Source: Octopus vulgaris | Lineage: Eukaryota | Reading direction: 5' to 3' | Assembly: GCA_951406725.2 (NCBI GenBank) | Contig: OX597821.1 | Span: forward strand, 110,856,001-110,920,000 | Length of the DNA stretch: 64,000 nt | Part shown: positions 54,353-64,000 of the stretch, one piece after another | How positions within the stretch are numbered: position 1 is the stretch's first letter | Layout: each line of letters begins with the position of its first letter | Position numbers and translations under genes: made by a program | The notes under the pieces: generated by a model | The model's database searches: none | The model's input: the letters and a program-made list of their open reading frames with translations, nothing else | Told to the model about the DNA's origin: nothing

Positions 54353-55139
54353 CATATACATATATATATATATATACATAAATATATATATATACATAAA
54401 TATATATAAATATATATACATATATATATATATGTATATATGTATATATATTTATATATATGCATATATATATATATGTACATATATATACACATATATA
54501 TATATACATTAATATATATACATGTATATATATATATATATACACACATAATATGTGCATGTATATATATATATATATATATATCTACTTAGATACACAC
54601 ACATACATACATACATACATACATACATACATACACACATACATACATACACACATACATACATTCATACATACATACATACATACATACATACATACAT
54701 ACATACATACATACATACATACATTCAACGAACACTTTTCTGCGCAAGCAGCGTGTAATAGATGATCTCAGATAAATTTAATGTTATTTAAACTGTAGTT
54801 TCTGACGCCTACATTGCAGAGTGTAGACAGGTGTGAAAAGATCTTGTTTTACTCTTCTCACACAGAGATATATGCATGTGTGTGTGAGTGTGTGTGTGTG
54901 AGAGAGAGAAATAGAGAGAAGTAGAGAGGCAGAGACAAGGACAGAGGAAAAAAAGAGAGGGAGTTTGTACGCGGGTAAGCGTGTGTACATGCTATCGCCT
55001 CGGGTTGTGTTGGAATCATTTAGTCAACAAAACGTATTAAATTATATAGCTCCAAACTATTGTTTATAGAGCGCTTTCGAAGATTCTGCTTAAATATGGC
55101 GACCAAGTGCATTAATATACACACAATAGCCGTGCACAG

Positions 55140-55216
<77 letters not shown>

Positions 55217-55904
55217 TGTATATATGTGTGTTCGTGTGTATACTTTTATGTGTGTGTTTGTGTCTGAATATTTATTTTGCTGTATATTTATACATATACC
55301 TATACATGCCCACACATATGAGTGTATGTACATCTGAGTGTGTGCGTAGGTATACATTTATGCATGATATGCTGATGTATCTGTGCAAAAACAATTAAAT
55401 ATTCCAATGTGAAATGACAATTACGTGTCAAAATGCCATGCAATAGAAACTGTAATTGTGAAACAAATAAAGATAGAAAACTATTTTTTTAAATATCAAA
55501 TTGCAAGAAAAGGAAAATAAGAAGAAAAACGTTTTACAAAACGTCGCATAATGAGGTGCCATGAAAATGTATTGCTATGTAATTGCATTTCGTCTTAATC
55601 ACCTCCAATGAATATATGCTCTTAACAAATTCATTAACAGAAAAAGAAGATCAACTTTTGATGGCGGACCTTACATCTGTTTCCATAATGAATTTTCAGT
55701 TTGATTAAGCACCTACCCAGTGCATTATCGTGTAAATGGCTCCCCCAGAAAGAACTAATTTGGTCCAGTGTATGTTGGAACTTACAATTAAGAAATACGG
55801 TCCAGTTTATATTATAGATGTAAACTACCACAACTTACCTGCCGTAGCCGTCTGCTATATATGTGTGCGTGCGGTTACCATATATATATGTGTGTGTGTG
55901 TGTG

Positions 55905-55947
<43 letters not shown>

Positions 55948-56121
55948 ATACATATGTATGTATGTATTATGTATGTGTGTTTTAGTCCAATGGCTGAAAC
56001 AAGCAAACGATAAAAGATAATTACTTTTAATACACATATATACTCACACATACGTGTATAAAAATATAGAAACATACGACTAAACAAGTACACAAATATA
56101 TGCGTACACACGCACACCTAC

Positions 56122-56161
<40 letters not shown>

Positions 56162-56785
56162 CAATTTAATAAATAAAACATATGCATACATACATATATG
56201 TACATACCTACATCTATATGTATATATACATGCATATATGGGTACAGGGCACCTATATATATGTACACTTGTACATATATTTGCTTACAAATACATATGC
56301 ATACATACTCATTTTTATATACATTTACATACATATATAAATGCACACACACATATATATATAAATATATATAAATATACATACACACACACAAACATTC
56401 TTACGTACCCACATATAGACATGTACACACACGCGCACGCATACACACATCCTTTCTCTAATTCTTTTCCTCCCCTTCACCATTCTCTATCTTTCCCTCT
56501 CTCTCCCTCAGTCTTCCTCCTTGACTTTCTCGTTGCTCACACGTGACCAGCGGCCATCTTTCTTCTCCTAACTCGAATTTCTTTTTGTTTTCTCGTTCAG
56601 CTACAGGGATAGCACGCATTTTTGGCTGTCTCCTGTCAAAGCTTGTTTCTCCAGCGTTCACCACTTCAGCTCGTTATGGCTTAACAGCCCTTACCGTTTG
56701 TTTTTACAGTTCTGTTCTTACTGTCCTGTTTTTGTTACCAACTTTGACTCTGCAAAATCCCAAATTTTATTTAATTGAAATGAAC

Positions 56786-56923
56786 CGGCGGCGGCGGCGG
56801 CAGTGGTGGCGGCGGCGGCGGCGGTGGTGGCGGCGGCGGTGGTAGCGGCGGCGGTGGTGGCGGCGGCGGTGCTGGCGGCGGCGGTGCTGGCGGCGGCGGC
56901 GGTGCTGGCGGCGGCGGCGGTGC

Positions 56924-57002
<79 letters not shown>

Positions 57003-57133
57003 GGTGGCGGCGGCGGCGGCGGTGGTGGCGGCGGCGGTGGTGGCGGCGGCGGTGGTGGCGGCGGCGGTGGTGGCGGCGGCGGTGGTGGCGGCGGCGGTGG
57101 TGGCGGCGGCGGTGGTGGCGGCGGCGGCGGTGG
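56786..57133. repeat. (GGC)n/(GGT)n trinucleotide tract
   Basis: Direct reading. Confidence 0.97.
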
Positions 57134-57205
57134 TGAGTGCATAGTGAAATGTAATCTGGTTCTTTAATTCAACTAAGTCTTTTTATATCATCTATCACTT
57201 AAAGC

Positions 57206-57484
57206 ATGCACACCCCAACCTTGCCATTCACTTTAGAAAGAAACCAGTTTCCCGTTCGCCTGTCATATGCAATGACTATCGATAAATCACAAGAGCAGAC
57301 ATTTGATAAAGTGGGGCTGTTCTTGCCTGAACCTGTATTCGGCCATGGTCAGCTATATGTTGCATTCTCAAGGGCTCGCAAATTCTCTGATGTGAGAATT
57401 AAAGCTATCAGCACTGACAAACAAGGGAAAAGAAGAGGGGGAATTTACACGATGAACATAGTCTGGAAAGAGGCATTGGCTTGA
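57206..57484 (+). pseudogene. PIF1-family helicase C-terminus, Helitron-type fragment
   Basis: LPFTLERNQFPVRLSYAMTIDKSQEQT...PVFGHGQLYVAFSRA (helicase motifs V and VI). Confidence 0.9.
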
Positions 57485-57763
57485 AAGGTGTGTGTAAATT
57501 GAAATGTGTATTGGCTCTGACCCACCGTCTTGGCTTATAAGTTACCAACGATGTGATTTTTCAGAGTGTGCCATTTTGCATTACATTTTTATCCCCATGA
57601 GGCTGTGGCCCCTATATTTTACATATAGATTTATTTTTTTCTATAATTTTTTTGTTTTTTAGATATGAAACTGTAAGCATGTAAATTTTAAAATTCAATT
57701 TCTTCTGTTCATTAGGAAAATTAAAAAATAAGAGTATATTAAGTCTATAAAATTGTACATAAA

Positions 57764-57802
<39 letters not shown>

Positions 57803-57809
<7 letters not shown>

Positions 57810-58093
57810 TAGAAAAAACATATTTTATCAATTCAAAATGAACAATTAAATTACACCATCTAGAAAATTACATATAATAGAAATATTAAAATTAAAATAA
57901 CAATAATATACCGAAGATTAAGTAAATTACAAAAAATATTTTATTACGTTTTTATTATTTTTTGGCAATTTACTTAATCTTCAGTATATTATTGTTATTT
58001 TAAATTTAATATTTCTATTATATGTAATTTTCTAGATGGTGTAATTTAATTGTTCATTTTGAATTGATAAAAGGTGGGTTTTTTCTAATTTAT
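57803..58093. repeat. AT-rich fold-back (~135-bp arms) in (TA)n
   Basis: 57803-57937 is reverse-complement similar to 57955-58093; terminus shared with 61250-61290. Confidence 0.9.
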
Positions 58094-58109
58094 ATATATA
58101 TATTCTCAC

Positions 58110-58519
58110 TCATTTACTCATTTACTTGTTTCAGTCATTTGACTGCGGCCATGCTGGAGCACCGCCTTTAGTCGTGCAAATCGACCCCGGGACTTATTCT
58201 TTGTAAGCCCAGTACTTATTCTATCGGTCTCTTTTGCCGAACCGCTAGGTGACGGCGACGTAAACACACCAGCATCGGTTGTCAAGCAATGCTAGGGGGA
58301 CAAACACAGACACACAAACATACACACACACACATATATATATATGTATACATATATACGACGGGCTTCTTTCAGTTTCCATCTACCAAATCCACTCACA
58401 AGGCTTTGGTCGGCCCGAGGCTATAGTAGAAAACACTTGCCCAAGATGCCACGCAGTGGGACTGAACCCGGAACCATGTGGTTGGTAAGCAAGCTACTTA
58501 CCACACAGCCACTCCTGCG

Positions 58520-58522
<3 letters not shown>
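58110..58522 (-). mobile_element. OK-like SINE, full length, well preserved
   Basis: Family match. Confidence 0.92.
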
Positions 58523-58554
<32 letters not shown>

Positions 58555-58560
<6 letters not shown>

Positions 58561-59031
58561 TAATACATACTAATACATACTAATACATACACCAACCCCA
58601 TACATACGCACGTCCAGACCAATCCTACGCACTAATACTCTCTCATACACACACACACACCCTTATACATACTAATACATACACCAACCCTATACATACA
58701 CACATCCAGACCCCTCCCACGCACTTTTAGCTGATCCCTCAACCCTTTTATCAACCCTATTATCTCCCCTTATTTCGCTCTCGCGTCTCATGTTTGATCT
58801 TTGACCTCTGGCCGAAATCAGATCGCCATGTTGATTCGTTAGCTACTGCACGCATTTTTTTCTCTCCTTCTTTCTGTGTTTTTCTCTCTCTCTGTATCTT
58901 TCTGTTGAAGAGCGTAGGCTCGAAACGTTAAAGACTTGTTTTATTTATATTTCCTGAGCGCCATACTAATACAATTGTTCGTTTGTTTTCCACCTGCCTT
59001 CGTCTTTTGTTTATTTTCATAAAGCTTCCCG

Positions 59032-59033
<2 letters not shown>
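58555..59033 (+). mobile_element. (TA)n-embedded non-coding element with HHR-like motif at 58897-58934
   Basis: Homologous to 19736-20158; putative cleavage triplet GUU. Confidence 0.75.
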
Positions 59034-59090
<57 letters not shown>

Positions 59091-59379
59091 TGTGAAATTT
59101 GTTTTAGTATTTCTAAATTGAATTTTTCCCTGAAAGTTAGGAATAATATCTCCTCAAATAATTATTAATATATATATATATAAAGTGCATTAAGTAACCA
59201 TTGTATTCCAATTTCCTCCACTTTTCAATGAATAACAAATGAACAATCATCTTTTAATACAAACACAACACAGGCGACGCTTTCATGTTTTTTGGATGAA
59301 GTTTCCAGGAATAACCCAATTGGTTTACTGTTAATTCCTTGAAATATTCACGGATACCGCTAGTTTATAAATATTCTGC

Positions 59380-59730
59380 TTGATACAGTCATTAGACTGC
59401 GGCCATGCCGGGGCACTGCCTTGAAGAATTTTAGTCGAGTGAATTGACCCCAGTATAGTTAGTTTTAAACCAGGTAATTATTCTGTCAGTTTCTTTTGTC
59501 GAGCCACTAATTTACGGAGACACGAACGGAGCAACACTGGCTGTCGAGCGGCGGTGGGGGACGAGCATACATGCATATACGACAAGCTTCTTTTAGTTTA
59601 CGTCTACCAAATCCGGTCACAAGGCTTTAGTCGGCCCGAGGATATAGCAGAAGACACTTTCCCAAGGTACAACGCAGTTAAACTGAACCCGGAACCATGT
59701 GGTCGGGAAGCAAACTTCCTACCACACTGC
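59380..59730 (-). mobile_element. Diverged OK-like SINE
   Basis: Family match. Confidence 0.8.
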
Positions 59731-59899
59731 TACGCGAACAATGGATCGCTCGTTACATTTTTATTAACTGACTCAGGTCATCCGAATTGCATATATTCAC
59801 AGAATAACTCTTCTTCTATATTATCACTTCGTACAGGTCTTCGCTGCAAACAAATAATAGGCTCCAAGCCGAAGCGACGAGTAACATTGATTTCTCGAC

Positions 59900-60650
59900 G
59901 AAATAGTGAATGCTAGCTGTCCGACACCAGCAAAAGGCCACAGTTTTTTTTTTAAAGGATGACTTCATTGATATGAACAATGTATGTCGGTGGATGAAGA
60001 AGTTTGAAGATAGGGAAGCCAATTTTGAAGTCAGACCACGCGGTTGGAGACTATCAACTTTGAGCACAGGCACAAGTCGCTGATGAGTGGATGAATTGAG
60101 TCACGTGAAAAGACGAGTCACAATTTGCGAATTTTCTGCACCATTGAACTGTGGTCACAATGTGTTACAGATAATGATGGAAGACACTGGGTCTCGGAAA
60201 ATGGGTACAAAGCGGGTACCCCTGTATTAGATACCCAATTTGAAGGAGAGAAGAGTGAAAGTCTATTTTGATCAAGTGGATACCAATGAAGACACGTTTC
60301 TGTTTCTCTGCTCCGATCTGGTAACAGAAAATGAAAAGTGATCGTAATTTTATGATTCTGAAATGAAGGATCAGTATATGGAATGATGTAGCTTCTTCTC
60401 CAAGACCTAAGAATTTCAAGAACAAGCGACAGTCGAAAAAGATCGTGGTGAATGTTTTTGAGATGACAAGATCGATTTTTTTTCCTCTGAGATTTTCTGG
60501 AAGCTGGTTGTACCGCGAACAAGTAGTGGTATATTAAAACACTCAAAAAGCTTAGAGAAGCCATTGAGAGGAAGAGATCGAACAAGAATCTAAAAACGAT
60601 CCATGTGAACCACCATAATGCGCAACCATTCACATGCTTGGCCATAAATC
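59900..60650 (+). pseudogene. Heavily decayed mariner transposase
   Basis: CRWMKKFED..VRPRG, DFLEAG, YIKTLKKLREAIERKR..HHNAQP. Confidence 0.7.
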
Positions 60651-61065
60651 AAGCAACCGGCGAATTAGATAAGCCAGTGGTCCTGCATCTGGAGCCCTCC
60701 GACTATTGATTTCTAGGTCCAATGACGGGGAGTCGTACGATAGGAATAAGGATTTGATGAAACAGATGAGGGGTAAAATAGCTGTGAAGTGGGTATAATT
60801 GTACACACCTGAAAAATGTCCCAGTCTCATTTTGATACACATTAGTAAATGATGCCAGACAAGGGGTGACGGGGTTTTCATATTTTACCGCTTTTTTCTT
60901 TTTCAGTCACCATCAGAGTTTGAACCGGCGCACACCGTAAGCTTGTTGGTGAAATGTCTGTCAACTTGCAAACCGTGGGAGACCTTTTTCTGCTGCACCC
61001 TGCTCATATTTATGCTTATGTGTGCGCGTATGTATGTATATAATTATGTATACATATACATATGC

Positions 61066-61119
<54 letters not shown>

Positions 61120-61134
61120 ATATATATGTGTATA

Positions 61135-61186
<52 letters not shown>

Positions 61187-61297
61187 ATTATTTGAGGGAA
61201 TATTATTCCTAACTTACAGGGAAAAATTCAATTTAGAAATACTAAATCAAATTTGAATTGATAAAAGGTGTTTTTTTCTAATTTATTTATATATATA

Positions 61298-61368
<71 letters not shown>

Positions 61369-61821
61369 GCGTGTGTGTATGTATGTATGTATGCATGTAT
61401 ATATGCATGTATATATGTATATATGCATATATGTATATATGCATGTATGTCTATTTGTGTATGTGTGTGTGTATGTGAGTATATGTAGACGTGTTAACAT
61501 CACCTCCAATGAAATCCTCGCCAACACCAGGTGTAACAGCGCCATCTCTACCTATTTACAAATGCATGCATGAATGGCTGCACGCAAGAATCGATGTATT
61601 TTCCCCTGATTCATATACCTGTCGTCCTATCTGTATATATATAACTACACACACACACACATGCATACACACAAACATGCACATACATGCACGCACACAC
61701 ACACATATATATGCATACATACATAAACACATGTATATATGTATGTGCGCATAAAAACACATATATGTGTGTATATATATGTATATATATATATATATAT
61801 GCATGCATGTATGTATGTTCA

Positions 61822-61889
<68 letters not shown>

Positions 61890-62064
61890 GTGGGGATCGG
61901 TTTACCCAGCCCCCATGTCCTATAGACTGACTGCAACATAAACAAGAACGATAACGACAGCAGATGTATTGCAACAAACAAAAGCAAAAAGGCAACTAAA
62001 ACAAACAGAAAAAGAAATATCGTACGACAAAAGCCGCTGTAAAAGCAACACCATCAACACTTCT

Positions 62065-62086
62065 AGCAGCAGCAGCAGTAGTAGCG

Positions 62087-62151
<65 letters not shown>

Positions 62152-62201
62152 GGTGGTGGTGGTGGTGGTGGTGGTGGCAATGGTGGTGGTGGCGGCGGCA
62201 T

Positions 62202-62246
<45 letters not shown>

Positions 62247-62278
62247 CGGCAGCAGCAGCAGCAGTAGTAGTTGTAGTT

Positions 62279-62351
<73 letters not shown>

Positions 62352-62760
62352 CAGAAGCAATAGTAGTAGTGGCGGTGGTGGTGGTGGTGGTGGTGGTGGT
62401 GGTGGTGGTGGTGGTAGTGTTGGCGGTGGCACAAGAACAACAAAAATAGCTCTAACAACAACAAGTGCGAAAACAGCAATATTAGTGTAACATGCAACGG
62501 CCTCACCTGCAGCAGCAACAACAACAGCGTTAAGAACAGCAGTACACTACGTGTTGTAACAGCAACAACAGCAGGCGTTGCAGCAACAAAAACAACAACA
62601 ATAACAACAGGAAGCGACGGTGCAGCTGCAGCAGCTGCAGCAGCAGCAACAACAGCTGCAGCAGCAACAACAGCTGCTGCAGCAGCAACAGGTGCAGCAG
62701 CAACAACAGCCGCTGCAGCAACAACTGCAGTTGCAGAAGATGCAACTGGTAGCTGCAGTA
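62065..62760. repeat. (AGT)n/(GGT)n/(CAG,CAA)n low-complexity tract
   Basis: Direct reading. Confidence 0.95.
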
Positions 62761-62884
62761 GTTAAAACAATAACACATTATGAATGTGCATGTGTTCGTA
62801 TCTGCTGTTGTATGGTGTGACATTAAAAATGCACATTCGTTGGTGTATTGGTGCACACAAGGAAGGACAACGGTAGCTAGACGA

Positions 62885-63410
62885 AGCCAATGTGCAGACT
62901 TACGGTTTGCCAAAAAGAGCAGCTATATTATCAAAATAAAAACGTTCTAAAAACGGGAAGGACATGTGGGATAATGTTGTTAAAAAGACACCGTGCGTAA
63001 AATATGACGGGATGGTCACAGATGGAAAGATTCCATTCAAGATTGCTCATTCAATGCAAAACAAAGCCAATGTGCAGACTTTCAGTTTGCTAGAAAGAGC
63101 AGCTAAATTAACAAAATAATTTTCTGCCCAACGTTCTAAAATCAGAAAGGACATGTGGGATAATGCTGCTACAAAAACACTGTGCGTAAAATTTGACGGG
63201 ATTGTCACGGATGGAAAGATTTATTTCAAGTTTGCTCATTCAGTCCAAAACTAAGTCAATATATGGACTTTCAGTTTGCCAGAAAGAGCAGCTAAATTAT
63301 TAAAATAAAACGAGAAGAACATGTTGGATAATGTTGCTGATAAAACTGTGCATAAAATCTGACGGGGTAGTCACAGACGGAAGGGCTTGATTCAAGTTTG
63401 CTCATTCAGG
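62885..63410. repeat. Tandem triplication of a ~180-bp unit
   Basis: Units start near 62885, 63064 and 63253 (aagccaatgtgcagactt...tgctcattca). Confidence 0.9.
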
Positions 63411-64000
63411 GCTCATGTAATGCTAATCAACCCATAACGATAATGATAGTTACATCATAACGCCGCCAACAGTTGCAATACAGAAGAGTTTTTGCGCAAA
63501 TATTTAGAACATTGCAACGAAATCAACTTGCAACACAACTGCAAGGCTGCAACACAACGGCAGCAACAAGAAGTGCAACGGCAAAAAAGTTGCAACTCTT
63601 CAACAAAAGCAGAAATGACAGTCACAAGTGCAGTAATAACTTAGAAGAGAATAAGTCACAAGTGCAGTAATAACTTAGAAGAGAAAACGGCAAAATGATT
63701 GCAGCTGCAACAGAAGCAGCATACTGCAATTTGTCAGGTTGTGCAGCAGGTATTATTCTAAAATAGCAACGGTACTTTAGTAGGGGTACTCTACTGGCGT
63801 AGGTACTCCATTAGTAGAAATACTGTGGTGTAAACGATACCGCAGCAGCAATAACAACTTCGGTAAATAATAATAGCCGCAACAAAAACAAGAGTTTTAG
63901 TAGCAACAGCAGCAACATAAGCAGCGACAGCAGCAGTAGCAGCCGCAGCAGTAGCAGCCGCAGCAGTAGCAGCAGCAGCAGTAAGAGCGACAAAGACGGC

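Noticed and set aside
56771-57144. Poly-Pro / poly-Ala ORFs (formin- or homeobox-like)
   Set aside because: Pure GGC/GGT repeat with no flanking domain
60076-60120. ctgatga...gaaa motif (similar strings at 38200 and 46560)
   Set aside because: Inside transposase/RT remnants or lacking GAAA and stems; chance matches

Overview
AT-rich, microsatellite-saturated animal DNA. The SINE families and the (TA)n/(ATAC)n/(AAT)n load point to a cephalopod, probably Octopus (inference). No host protein-coding gene is recognisable, and almost all listed ORFs are translated simple repeats. The window is a mosaic of mobile elements: three or four tRNA-derived SINE families (over 20 copies), a young 5'-truncated Penelope-like element (PLE; RT + GIY-YIG, inverted pseudo-LTRs), a second decayed PLE, a CR1-type RT, decayed RTE and L1/Tx1 LINEs, R4/Dong-type RLE elements nested in (AAT)n, mariner/hAT/pogo-like relics and MITEs, and a Helitron helicase fragment. 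The most interesting signal is a set of about ten type-I hammerhead-ribozyme (HHR)-like motifs from about six unrelated sequence families. Most have non-canonical cores (G3:C8 swap, U6, C4, U3, extra purine after A9) and sit in short non-coding, mostly (TA)n-embedded, often fold-back elements. One such element is built from a circularly permuted 548-nt monomer, and another appears to join a tRNA-like head to an HHR. Together they suggest PLE-mobilised, retrozyme-like RNAs. All folds were done by eye and no activity or database search was possible; most boundaries are approximate.
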